NCBI GenBank assembly: GCA_028719205.1
Contig: JAQUKH010000005.1
Span: 62,001-107,015, forward strand
DNA: 45,015 nt
Source: a bacterium
Lineage (GTDB): Bacteria; JACRDZ01; JAQUKH01
Reading direction: 5' to 3'
The notes beneath the pieces were generated by a model. It was given only the letters and a program-made list of their open reading frames with translations, did no database searches and was not told where the DNA came from. Shown in pieces: positions 16,770-26,323 of this stretch; the stretch's first letter is position 1; every line of letters begins with the position of its first letter. The position numbers and the translations under genes were made by a program.

Positions 16770-18122
16770 ATGATAAATAAACCCGTGAGTATTTTCTTAT
16801 TTTTTTTGATTTTAGTAATTGAACTGATATTCCCTTCCTTTATGCAAAAAATAGAATGTAAAGAATTCCCGGCAATCATTATGATATCTTTAAACCGTTC
16901 AATTATAAAAACAATCGCCCGTGATTCCCTTGGACAGGAGCAGGACAAGATAATAAAAGATTTCGGTAAAACCAATATTCATATAAAAAATTTTAGTTAT
17001 ACCCATGTGGATACTTCAGTTTTGTTTAATATTACCACCGCCAATTATCAATTTATCGGCACCCCTCCTCCCGGTGTTAAAAAAGAAATGAAAATAACTT
17101 TTTCGTGCAGTAAATTTACACTTTACAAAATGTCGATGGCTGATTATGAATTCAAAGACAATGATATGAATGAATTCAATGTAGGCGGAAACCCCATTGA
17201 ATTTAAAATAATACCTGAAAGTGACTCGTATAATTTCTATTTTACATATAATATTACACCTGAGGAGCAGATAATACCAAAAGTGAAAGAGATAAAAAAA
17301 GAAGAACCTAAATCAATCCCTAAAGAAAAAACACCTCCTGTTAAAAAAGACAACGTTGTCTATTCATATGAAACAAATCTTACACCGGTCATCGACGGTA
17401 AAGAATCAGATAGCGCTTGGGATATAGCACCCTTTACTATTATAAGCCTTTCGGGTAATCTGGATATTCAAAATATACAGGTTAAATCCATCCATACAAA
17501 AGAAAAAATATTTTTTATTTTTAAATGGCAGGACTTTAGTAATGATTATTTGCATAGATTATGGGTATGGGATAAAAACAGAAAAACCTATTTAGAAAAT
17601 GACAGCCGCGAAGACAGGCTGGTTATTAAATTTTCAATAAACAGTAATTTCGCTTCCTGCCCTGATGAAGGAATAGATTCCATAGCGGACATTTGGGACT
17701 GGCGGGCTGCGTTAACTAATCCATCGGGATTTGCCGATGATAAAAAAGAAATAATGAGTTTAAGAAGATTACCCCGCTCATACGAAGTCAAAACGAAAAA
17801 TAATAAAAAAATATATCTTCAATATCTGCCTGATGAAGGAAATTCTCCTTACCGGCAGGATATAGCAACCGCTTTTTCAGGGGAAACCATCCCTCAATTT
17901 CTTACTCAAAAACCTTCCGGCAGCCGGGCTGATGTTCTTGCTTCCGGATCGTGGGATAAAAATTACTGGGTAGTAGAATTTGAACGCACACTTACTACTT
18001 CCGATACGGAGGACGTTCAATTTAATTCAAAAGACAACATTGATTTTTTAATTGCGGTTTATAATCATTCAGAACTGAGCAATCATAATTTTTCGCAAAA
18101 ACTAAATTTTATTTTTAAATGA
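16770..18122 (+). CDS. Exported protein with C-terminal ethylbenzene-dehydrogenase-related (EB_dh/DOMON-like) domain
   Basis: PVIDG..SDSAW, IFFIFKWQD, EDRL, DIWDWRA, NPSGFADD, GSRADV.A.G.W, WVVEFERTL, DVQF. Confidence 0.75.
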   Translation: MINKPVSIFLFFLILVIELIFPSFMQKIECKEFPAIIMISLNRSIIKTIARDSLGQEQDKIIKDFGKTNIHIKNFSYTHVDTSVLFNITTANYQFIGTPPPGVKKEMKITFSCSKFTLYKMSMADYEFKDNDMNEFNVGGNPIEFKIIPESDSYNFYFTYNITPEEQIIPKVKEIKKEEPKSIPKEKTPPVKKDNVVYSYETNLTPVIDGKESDSAWDIAPFTIISLSGNLDIQNIQVKSIHTKEKIFFIFKWQDFSNDYLHRLWVWDKNRKTYLENDSREDRLVIKFSINSNFASCPDEGIDSIADIWDWRAALTNPSGFADDKKEIMSLRRLPRSYEVKTKNNKKIYLQYLPDEGNSPYRQDIATAFSGETIPQFLTQKPSGSRADVLASGSWDKNYWVVEFERTLTTSDTEDVQFNSKDNIDFLIAVYNHSELSNHNFSQKLNFIFK

Positions 18123-18132
18123 GGAGTTATTT

Positions 18133-18762
18133 ATGGGAGAAAAACCTGTCGGAAGTCAAATTCAATATTGGTTTTCAATACTTGTAATATTGGTCATTTC
18201 GATTAATATAGTAGGAATAACCGGTGTATTACAAATAAAGAAACGGCTGAATCAAACTATAGATAAATATCAGCCAATGGTAAAACTATGCGAAGGTATA
18301 TATACAAATATACTTTCATCACAAATGGAAGCATATAAATTTCTTTCAGGTTATACCAAGAATACAAATTCGCTGACACCTTACATTAAAGAAACCCGAA
18401 AACTTATTGATGAATTATCAGAATTGCAGTTAAGTTCCGCTTTAAACACACAAGTCCAGCTGATAAAAGATACACTTGACAAATATGATAAAACTTCATC
18501 CCTTCTTGAAAATTCGTCTACATGGGACCAAAAAGATCAGATTGAGAAAAATCTGATAAGCATGGGAAAAGAAATTACAGAAATGGCTTTGAAATTAAAA
18601 AATCAGGCGTATAATGAAATCTCCGATAATAATGATCTCTCCAATAATACTATGAAAAGAGTAATTTTTCTTTTTCTGGGACTTTGCGGAGTAAGTATAA
18701 TTATTACATTCCTGGAATATAAATTCTGGAATAAACTTCAAAAAATATTATTAAAATTATAA
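18133..18762 (+). CDS. Membrane protein: two TM helices around a four-helix-bundle sensor-like domain, no cytoplasmic output domain
   Basis: Hydrophobic segments near both ends, amphipathic helical middle, only about 15 aa after TM2; GAGGAG SD. Confidence 0.75.
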   Translation: MGEKPVGSQIQYWFSILVILVISINIVGITGVLQIKKRLNQTIDKYQPMVKLCEGIYTNILSSQMEAYKFLSGYTKNTNSLTPYIKETRKLIDELSELQLSSALNTQVQLIKDTLDKYDKTSSLLENSSTWDQKDQIEKNLISMGKEITEMALKLKNQAYNEISDNNDLSNNTMKRVIFLFLGLCGVSIIITFLEYKFWNKLQKILLKL

Positions 18763-18769
18763 CAAAATC

Positions 18770-19492
18770 ATGAATATTATATTATCAAAATTAATTGACC
18801 TCCAAAAAATGGATACTGAAATTCTGAATTTAAAAAAAGATTCACTTAAAATACCTCTGGATATAAATAATGATCTTACTGTATTTCACGCGAAAGAGAA
18901 ACAATTGCTGGATACAAAAAATTTAATTTCTGAACTTCAAAAATTGAAGAGAGATCAAGAACGTGAAATAGAGACAAAAGATACTGAAATAACTAAATTA
19001 AACAGCCAGCTTTCTCAAATATCCACGAATAAAGAATATTCCACGCTTATATTTGAAATAGAAAATAAAAAGAAGGAAAAGGTAAAAATCGAGGAAACGG
19101 AATTGGAAGTTATGTATAAAATAGAAACGCAGGAGAAAAACATCAAAAACGAGGAAAAAATATTCTCTGAAGAAAAAAATAAGATGGACAAAGAAAAAAA
19201 AATAAAAGAGGAAGCATTAAATAAAATAAATAATGTTATTGAAGAAAAAATACAGCAAAGGACTGTATTAATGAAAGATATCCCTAAAGAAATATTATTC
19301 AAGTATGAACAAATACTACGATCTAAAGAAGGAATAGCTGTAGCAAAAATTAATTTTACCAGAGAAGTTTGTCTTGGATGTCATATGAGCCTGCCTCCTC
19401 AACTTATTAATGAAGTAAAACCTAACAAAAAACTTCTAAATTGTGATAAATGCGGCAGGTTTTTATACTGGGAAGATGAAACGCATGGCTAA
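18770..19492 (+). CDS. Coiled-coil protein with C4 zinc ribbon (DUF164 / CT398 / HP0958 family)
   Basis: LIDLQKMD, TNKEYSTLIFEIE, CLGCHMSLPPQ, CDKCGRFLY. Confidence 0.9.
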   Translation: MNIILSKLIDLQKMDTEILNLKKDSLKIPLDINNDLTVFHAKEKQLLDTKNLISELQKLKRDQEREIETKDTEITKLNSQLSQISTNKEYSTLIFEIENKKKEKVKIEETELEVMYKIETQEKNIKNEEKIFSEEKNKMDKEKKIKEEALNKINNVIEEKIQQRTVLMKDIPKEILFKYEQILRSKEGIAVAKINFTREVCLGCHMSLPPQLINEVKPNKKLLNCDKCGRFLYWEDETHG

Positions 19493-20837
19493 ATTAAAAG
19501 TCAGATATGTATGCCAGCAATGCGGATTTACTTCCCCAAAATGGCTGGGGAGATGCCCTGACTGCAGCCAGTGGAACAGCTTCATTGAAGAAATTGAAGA
19601 GGATCTTTCTCCACATATACAAAACATATCCGCGGCAAATTCACCTCAACTGCTCCACAAAATAGAGATCGGATCCGAAGAAAGACTAAGTACCGGCCTG
19701 AAAGAATTTGACCTGGTGCTTGGCGGAGGTATCATACCAGGTTCTTTAATCCTGATCGGTGGAGAACCCGGTATCGGAAAGTCCACATTGATCCTGCAAA
19801 CAGCCGATAACCTCGCAAAAAAATACGGTAAAATACTTTATGTATCAGGAGAAGAATCTCTCAAACAAATAAAACACCGGGCAGAACGGTTATCGATAAA
19901 TTCCGAATCCATTTACCTGCTTTCAGAAAATATTCTGGAAGTCATTTTGGACCAGATCCAGAAAACTAAACCCAAACTGGTAATTATTGATTCAATCCAG
20001 TCAATATATAAAAATTCAATACCATCCTCACCCGGGACAATTACCCAAATAAGGGAATGCGCGAATCACTTAATGACGCTGGCTAAAAATGAATCAATAG
20101 CAACCATCATAATAGGCCATGTAACAAAGGATGGAGCCCTGGCGGGCCCTAAAACACTGGAACATCTGGTTGATACTGTATTATATTTTGAAGGAGACCT
20201 GCATCATAATTACAGGATACTCAGGACTATTAAAAACCGTTTCGGTAAAACTTCAGAAGTGGCGATCTTCAACATGGAATCAAAGGGATTGACGGAGGTG
20301 TTAAATCCTTCCTCTGTATTTATAACTGAACGGCCAAAAAAAACACCGGGTTCTGTAATTACAGTAATGATGGAAGGAACACGCCCTATTCTCGTTGAAA
20401 TACAAGCGCTTGTAAGTTCCTCCAGTTTTAATATCCCGCAAAGAAAATCAACCGGCATAGATTATTCCAGGCTTATTTTGATCGTGGCGGTCCTTGAAAA
20501 ACGCCTCGGGCTTTCCCTTGCTTCACAGGATATCTTTGTTAATGTAACGGGAGGACTGGATGTATCAGAACCTTCCGCGGACCTTGGAATTGCCATGGCT
20601 ATTTATTCTTCATTCAGAAATATTCCGCTCAATGAAAAAATGGTTGTTATGGGAGAGGTCGGGCTTGGCGGCGAGGTTAGAAGCATAAATTATATTGAAA
20701 AAAGGATCAATGAATCCGAAAAACTTGGTTTTGAAAAAATAGTCCTTCCCAAATATAATCTAAAAAATATTAATAAAATTCCGAATATTACATTTAAAGG
20801 GATATCATCTGTTGAAGAAGCAACAGATTTTGAATAG
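19485..20837 (+). CDS. radA: DNA repair protein RadA/Sms
   Basis: CQQCG...WLGRCPDC zinc finger, GGEPGIGKST, KNRFG. Start moved to ATG 19485 (track 19443). Confidence 0.97.
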   Translation: MAKLKVRYVCQQCGFTSPKWLGRCPDCSQWNSFIEEIEEDLSPHIQNISAANSPQLLHKIEIGSEERLSTGLKEFDLVLGGGIIPGSLILIGGEPGIGKSTLILQTADNLAKKYGKILYVSGEESLKQIKHRAERLSINSESIYLLSENILEVILDQIQKTKPKLVIIDSIQSIYKNSIPSSPGTITQIRECANHLMTLAKNESIATIIIGHVTKDGALAGPKTLEHLVDTVLYFEGDLHHNYRILRTIKNRFGKTSEVAIFNMESKGLTEVLNPSSVFITERPKKTPGSVITVMMEGTRPILVEIQALVSSSSFNIPQRKSTGIDYSRLILIVAVLEKRLGLSLASQDIFVNVTGGLDVSEPSADLGIAMAIYSSFRNIPLNEKMVVMGEVGLGGEVRSINYIEKRINESEKLGFEKIVLPKYNLKNINKIPNITFKGISSVEEATDFE

Positions 20838-20845
20838 GAGATAAC

Positions 20846-21856
20846 ATGGGAATAACACTTATAAGATTTATTTTTATTATCATCTCAGGCCTGTTAAGCT
20901 ATAGGCTTACAAATCAATTATTCACAAAATTATCCCCTTATATCGGAACTACCATAGGGGTTTTAATTGCTTTAATTATAATAGCTGCTGAAGAGCGGCT
21001 GAAAAAAGTATCACTTAAAAATATTCTTATAATTATTTTAGGGCTTGCCGCCGGGTTAACTTTGGCTAATCTCGCGTTTACCTTATTTCTTCCCATTAAC
21101 AATGAAGAACTTGCGATCTTTGTCCGTATTTTTCTTAATCTTATTTGCGGGTATTTTGGTATCACTCTGGCAGTTAAAAAAGGCGGGGATCTGACTATTC
21201 TTGGTTCTAATATTATCATTGGGCCCAGAGATCAAATGTTCAGCTATAAAATCCTGGATACGAATGTGATCATAGACGGGCGTATAGCGGAAATAGTTGA
21301 AAGCGGTTTTTTAGAAGGAACCCTTGTTATCCCCCAGTTCGTTCTCAATGAATTGCATCATATAGCGGATTCAGCTGATTCCCAAAAGCGAACCCGCGGC
21401 CGCAGAGGGCTTGATATATTAAATAAGATTCAAAAAAAACAAAACTTAAAAGTTGAAATAAGCGATAAGAATTTCCCTGATATCCGGGAAGTGGACGCGA
21501 AACTCGTGGCGCTTGCTAAATCTCTTTCATGCCCTGTTGTGACTAATGATTACAACCTTAATAAGATCGCGGAGCTTCAGGGAGTCCGGGTTTTAAATAT
21601 TAATGATCTCGCTAACGCGGTTAAACCGATCGTTCTCCCCGGCGAAACCATGCATGTCAGGATAATCAAGGAAGGCAAGGAATTCTCTCAGGGAATCGGT
21701 TATATGGATGACGGAACCATGATCGTGGTAGATAACGGCAAAAGATATGTCGGCCAAAAGGTTGACGCCCTGGTAACAAGCGTCCTTCAAAACACCGCGG
21801 GCAGGATGATTTTTGCCCAATTCAAACAGGAATTAAAAAATGAGGAAAATAAATGA
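20846..21856 (+). CDS. yacL: Membrane PIN/TRAM domain protein (YacL family)
   Basis: N-terminal TM helices, KILDTNVIIDGRI, RGRRGLDIL, TNDYNLNK, DDGTMIVV, TAGRMIFA. Confidence 0.92.
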   Translation: MGITLIRFIFIIISGLLSYRLTNQLFTKLSPYIGTTIGVLIALIIIAAEERLKKVSLKNILIIILGLAAGLTLANLAFTLFLPINNEELAIFVRIFLNLICGYFGITLAVKKGGDLTILGSNIIIGPRDQMFSYKILDTNVIIDGRIAEIVESGFLEGTLVIPQFVLNELHHIADSADSQKRTRGRRGLDILNKIQKKQNLKVEISDKNFPDIREVDAKLVALAKSLSCPVVTNDYNLNKIAELQGVRVLNINDLANAVKPIVLPGETMHVRIIKEGKEFSQGIGYMDDGTMIVVDNGKRYVGQKVDALVTSVLQNTAGRMIFAQFKQELKNEENK

Positions 21857-22584
21857 TCAGCGTTATTATCCCCTCTGCCGGCCTGGGCAAACGTATAGGA
21901 TTTAAAAAACAATACTATCTTTTAAATAAAAAACCGATTCTCGCCTACACCCTTTCAATTTTTCAAAATAGCCCTCTTATCTCCGAAATTATATTGGCAG
22001 TGCCAAAAGATGACATTAAATTTTCAAAAAATAATATTGTAATAAAATATAAATTTAATAAAGTCAAAAAAATTGTCGCCGGCGGGAAAACCCGCCAGAT
22101 TTCAGTATCCAACGGACTTAATGTTTGTGATCCAAAGTCAGAATATATTCTTGTCCATGACGCGGTACGCCCCTTTTTTGATAAAATGTTGCTCCCTGAA
22201 CTAATAAAGGAAGTAAAAAAATACAAGGCTGTTGTCACAGCTGTTCCCGCGAGGGACACAATAAAAATAGCTTCACCGGATAAAATAATAATAAAAACCC
22301 CTCCCAGAAAGGATATATATCTTGCCCAGACACCTCAAATATTTTCGCATGAATTAATTAAAAAAGCCTATCAAAAAGCCTTTAAAGAAAAATTCGCGGG
22401 AACTGATGACTCAAACCTTGTAGAACGAACAGGTAAGAAGGTAAAAATATTTATCGGAAATGAAGAAAATATTAAGATCACCACACTAAATGATCTGGAA
22501 ATAGCAGAAATTTTAGCCGCTAATTTTTTTCCCTCAACCTGCGGACCGCAATGGAAAAGGCATGATTATCAGTGTAAGGGTTAA
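21853..22584 (+). CDS. ispD: 2-C-methyl-D-erythritol 4-phosphate cytidylyltransferase
   Basis: AGLGKR, KQY, GGKTRQISV, VHDAVRPF, AQTPQ, TDD, NIKITT..DL. Confidence 0.95.
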   Translation: MISVIIPSAGLGKRIGFKKQYYLLNKKPILAYTLSIFQNSPLISEIILAVPKDDIKFSKNNIVIKYKFNKVKKIVAGGKTRQISVSNGLNVCDPKSEYILVHDAVRPFFDKMLLPELIKEVKKYKAVVTAVPARDTIKIASPDKIIIKTPPRKDIYLAQTPQIFSHELIKKAYQKAFKEKFAGTDDSNLVERTGKKVKIFIGNEENIKITTLNDLEIAEILAANFFPSTCGPQWKRHDYQCKG

Positions 22585-23593
22585 ATGTCATGTCAATTGT
22601 ACCATCGGTATTGAGCCTCGCTACATAGCTTTCCCCCGCACTCCCTATGCCTTTAAAAGTTCCACATGCAAGTATTTTGCCGTCAGGCTGCACTGAGATC
22701 AAATGGCCATCATAACTATTATTATTATCCAGATTAAATGTCGTATCAGCGGTTCCATCAGAATTAAACCTCACGATATGGTTTATTTCTTTCCTTTCAA
22801 TGCCGGTTAAAGACCGGCCCGCCAGAATCTTGCCGTTTTGTTGTACTGCAATGGAGATAACAAAGTTGCCTTCAATGTTTGAGGAATCTACTGATATCTC
22901 CCAATGCGGGTTAAATGTCATATCAAGAGTTCCGTCGGAATTAAGCCTTGCGATACGATCCCTTGACTGGCCCCCAATGCTTGTAAATCCTCCCCCTGTT
23001 AGTATCTTCCCATCAGGCTGGACTACGATCGAGTAAACATTGTTATCAGGATTCGGATCAAATGTTGTATCAAGGGCCCCGTCTGGATTAAGCCTCACTA
23101 TATGATTCCTTGTCTGGCCCCATACGCTTGTAAAAATCCCTCCAACGAGGATCTTATCGTCAGGCTGAACCTCAATGGAAGTAACATAACTGTTAAAATC
23201 AGGATTAAATGTCTCATCAAGGGTTCCATTGGAATTAAGCCTGGCTATACCTTCTCTTAACTGGCCTCCGATGCTTGTAAAATCTCCCCCTACCAGTATC
23301 CTGCCGTCGTGCTGAACTGCCATGGAGAACACAGCATTATTCGCATCCAGGCTGAATGCCGAGTCAATGGCCCCGTCGGGATCAAGCCTTACTATATAGT
23401 TTCTTCCCTTGCCGCTAATACTTTTGAAATTTCCCCCAGCCAGTATCTTTCCATCAAGCTGAACCGCAAAAGAATAGACATAGATATTAGACTCCAGATC
23501 AAAATCTTCAATGGCTGAAACCTGATGGATTTTTCCTGTAACCCCCGCCAAAAATAATAATGCTAAAAGAATTATCCTGAATTTTTTATCCAT
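22520..23593 (-). CDS. Exported delta-60 repeat (DUF5122) beta-propeller protein, apparently 3'-truncated
   Basis: Signal peptide; six ~49-aa repeats (VQPDGKILxGG...RLNxDGxLDxTF); ORF ends a few residues into a seventh. Confidence 0.88.
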   Translation of the reverse strand: MDKKFRIILLALLFLAGVTGKIHQVSAIEDFDLESNIYVYSFAVQLDGKILAGGNFKSISGKGRNYIVRLDPDGAIDSAFSLDANNAVFSMAVQHDGRILVGGDFTSIGGQLREGIARLNSNGTLDETFNPDFNSYVTSIEVQPDDKILVGGIFTSVWGQTRNHIVRLNPDGALDTTFDPNPDNNVYSIVVQPDGKILTGGGFTSIGGQSRDRIARLNSDGTLDMTFNPHWEISVDSSNIEGNFVISIAVQQNGKILAGRSLTGIERKEINHIVRFNSDGTADTTFNLDNNNSYDGHLISVQPDGKILACGTFKGIGSAGESYVARLNTDGTIDMTFNPYTDNHAFSIAVRRLREKN

Positions 23594-23627
23594 AATATAA
23601 TCCTCCTAAGAAAAACCCGACACAGTA

Positions 23628-23656
23628 ATTCTATTCTTCTTCTTACTTCGTGTCAA
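23628..23656 (-). promoter_or_regulatory. Sigma-70-type promoter for the delta-60 gene
   Basis: TTGACA-17 bp-TAGAAT, followed by AGGAGG SD. Confidence 0.7.
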
Positions 23657-23730
23657 TAAGTTTTAAGAAATTGCCAAGCCAATTCAGAAACATGTTGAGT
23701 TTTTTGAGGAATATTAAGTAATATTTCGGT

Positions 23731-24636
23731 TTAAAATTGAATAGTATATGAAACTTTATAGACATCCCCTAATTCGCCGTAAGGCAGATAGGCAATATCA
23801 ATATACCCGATCCTGGATTCACTTTTATGAACGATCCCAAGGCCGAAAGAGACCGCATCCATCCCTTTCTGGTCATAATTTAACCGGTAACCGCAGCGTA
23901 GAGCTATCAAATCCGCGGGACAATATTCTAATCCGATATTATAACGCTGTTTCGCGTCATTAGGAAAATTACCGTCAAAGGCAAATGCAAGCTTATCTTT
24001 CCAAGGTAAAATAGCTATCCCTGCTTTATAATTTAACGGCAGGTCATCTTTTTTATCCAAACCTATTTTCCCGCCAAGATTTTGAACGGCAAATCCTAAC
24101 CGGAACTTTCCATCCATAAAACGGCTAAGATAGCCGACATCATACGCTAACGCTTTAATTTTATCGCTATCAAGATCTTCTTTTATATATCTTAGATTAA
24201 CACCCCATGAAGATTCTTCACTAAAAAGATAACTATAATTTATGGTTCCCGCGAAATTATTAAAATTTATATCACCTGTATTCTGGCCTAATGTATCCCT
24301 GCCTTCAATTTTTGTGGTCAAATAAATCCCGGTAAAACCAAGCGTAACATTGGAACCAACGGGCTGCGCATAACCTAAAAAACCATAATTAATGTCCGCG
24401 ATCCATTTCATATATAACGCGGAAAATTCTTTATCCCCGCTGAATGCTATCCCCGCGGGATTCCAATGTATCCCGCTGACACCTTCCGCTAAGGCTGTAT
24501 ATGCCCCACCCATGGCCTGCGCGCGCACTCCGGGTAATATCTTAAGAAAAGCCGCACCGCTGGTACCCGCGCTGCCCGCGTATATTTTGCCATTAATTGC
24601 TAAAAATACTATTAAACAACAAATTATTTTTTTCAT
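23731..24636 (-). CDS. PorV/PorQ family outer-membrane protein
   Basis: AFLKILPGVRAQAMGGAYTALA, IHWNPAG, QNLG, LPLNYKAG, C-terminal Phe. Confidence 0.88.
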   Translation of the reverse strand: MKKIICCLIVFLAINGKIYAGSAGTSGAAFLKILPGVRAQAMGGAYTALAEGVSGIHWNPAGIAFSGDKEFSALYMKWIADINYGFLGYAQPVGSNVTLGFTGIYLTTKIEGRDTLGQNTGDINFNNFAGTINYSYLFSEESSWGVNLRYIKEDLDSDKIKALAYDVGYLSRFMDGKFRLGFAVQNLGGKIGLDKKDDLPLNYKAGIAILPWKDKLAFAFDGNFPNDAKQRYNIGLEYCPADLIALRCGYRLNYDQKGMDAVSFGLGIVHKSESRIGYIDIAYLPYGELGDVYKVSYTIQF

Positions 24637-24649
24637 ATATATCTATTAT

Positions 24650-26323
24650 TTATTTAATAAATAATATTTTCCCTTTGAAATTTCCCTGCGGGCTGTCTAT
24701 TAAATAAATATATAAACCAGTGCCGACTAAAACTCCATCGTCATTTTTTCCGTCCCAAAAGGCCTCGCCTCTTGATGTGATCAATTCAGTGCCCGCTTCA
24801 TCAAGCGTCCTGACAATTTCTCCCGCAATATTATAAATTTTCAAAGTTATCGGCAAATCATTCGGATATTTAATAATTATTTCTTTTGTAGACGCATTGA
24901 GTTTAAAAGGGTTAGGATAACAGAAGGTCTCACCAAGGCCGGTTATTAAAGGCCCCACAGTACCTGCAGTAAAACTTACTAAAGAAGCAGAACTAATATT
25001 AACAATAGCTGCACCGCTTTTTTCTCCATTATTTTTATTACTGGAAGGATTACTTGCCGCTGTAAAAGCCGTATTCCCGGTGGTTCCTGGATAAAAATCT
25101 CCGCCATCACCTTGATTACCGCCGTTATTTTCATTTTTTTGCAGATTAAGCTCACCATCTGCCTGCATTAAACTAATACTCTGAGCGGATTCATCATCGT
25201 TAAGTTTTCCGCTTAACCAGTTACTATTGATCCTGTTTTCATCAACATGCCAAATAAGAAGTCCGCTCCCCGGTAAATACTTATCAAAACCCGATTTTTG
25301 GCGGTTACAAAGCAGAAAATATTCCTTGGAACTCCCATACACCTCAATTTTAACAATGTCATTACTTCCTTCAACCTGCGATAAGTTTTTAACGCCGTTA
25401 ATTTTCGTATAATCATAAACATTAGCCCATTGCAAATAATATTTGCTCCACGCGGAAAGTTGCGTTGGAGTTTCAGGATGTTTTCCATCTCCTCCCCATG
25501 CCCCACTGGACATAAGGTCAAACACTCCATCGCCTGACGAACTATAATCGGTATCATACAGGTCTGGCAGGCCCAGCAAATGACCGAATTCATGGCAAAA
25601 CACACCAATTTCTATCATAATTCCTTTTGCGTTTGTTTCCGGCTGCATAATATATTCATTGATCCTTACACCATCATAGGTTCTCGCTGTACCGCCGCCT
25701 GAAGTTATATCCCATTTATGCGACCAGATATAATTTCCCTCATCGGCTTTTGGAACTGCTTCAGCTCCTGCCCCCTGATGAACGACAAAAATACCGTCTA
25801 CCTCACCATCGCCATCATTATCAAATTTTGAAAAATCTACACCCGCTGCCTCAGCCGCGTCAATAGCCTCTTCAACAAGACTAACCGCGTTATGGGGATA
25901 AACTCCAAGCCCTGAGTTTCCATCTGTATAATATGAATAATCTTTTTTGGCGGGATAAAATCCAAAAACACTGCCCTCAACATTAAATTTATTATTTGAA
26001 ACTTCGGCAAAATAATCCCTTAAACTGCCGGAAGAAAATGTCCCGTTTGAAAACAGAAGTTTTTCAAAATCCGTGGAATCATAAGTAGCAGGTTTGTCTA
26101 ATGCTTTAATAAGAATTACTAAATATTTTTTTGTTCCTGAAACTGACTGTTTATTTAACTTTAAGGGCCTGTTTAAATTTCTATTTTTATTAAGCTGGCT
26201 TGAACGGCGGGATAAAAATAATTTTTGTTCTTCTTTTAAAAGAGAAGGATCTTTAGGCATAGCGGAAACAGAATAAACCAGAAGCAAAATAAATATTTTT
26301 ACTAAAAATATTTTATTTTTCAT
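24650..26323 (-). CDS. M6 family (immune inhibitor A-like) metalloprotease with T9SS-A/FlgD-like C-terminal domain
   Basis: SLRDYFAEVS, FDNDGDGEVD, IWSHKW, HEFGHLLGLPDLY, GLLIWHVD; C-terminus YPNPF...IYNIAGEIVRTL...WDGKNDDG..VGTGLYIY. Confidence 0.92.
   Translation of the reverse strand: MKNKIFLVKIFILLLVYSVSAMPKDPSLLKEEQKLFLSRRSSQLNKNRNLNRPLKLNKQSVSGTKKYLVILIKALDKPATYDSTDFEKLLFSNGTFSSGSLRDYFAEVSNNKFNVEGSVFGFYPAKKDYSYYTDGNSGLGVYPHNAVSLVEEAIDAAEAAGVDFSKFDNDGDGEVDGIFVVHQGAGAEAVPKADEGNYIWSHKWDITSGGGTARTYDGVRINEYIMQPETNAKGIMIEIGVFCHEFGHLLGLPDLYDTDYSSSGDGVFDLMSSGAWGGDGKHPETPTQLSAWSKYYLQWANVYDYTKINGVKNLSQVEGSNDIVKIEVYGSSKEYFLLCNRQKSGFDKYLPGSGLLIWHVDENRINSNWLSGKLNDDESAQSISLMQADGELNLQKNENNGGNQGDGGDFYPGTTGNTAFTAASNPSSNKNNGEKSGAAIVNISSASLVSFTAGTVGPLITGLGETFCYPNPFKLNASTKEIIIKYPNDLPITLKIYNIAGEIVRTLDEAGTELITSRGEAFWDGKNDDGVLVGTGLYIYLIDSPQGNFKGKILFIK

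Noticed and set aside
16679-16975. 98-aa minus-strand ORF ending in copy A, as a possible cassette gene for the attC-like site
   Set aside because: It is mostly antisense to the EB_dh gene and has no protein-like features; copy B has no equivalent.
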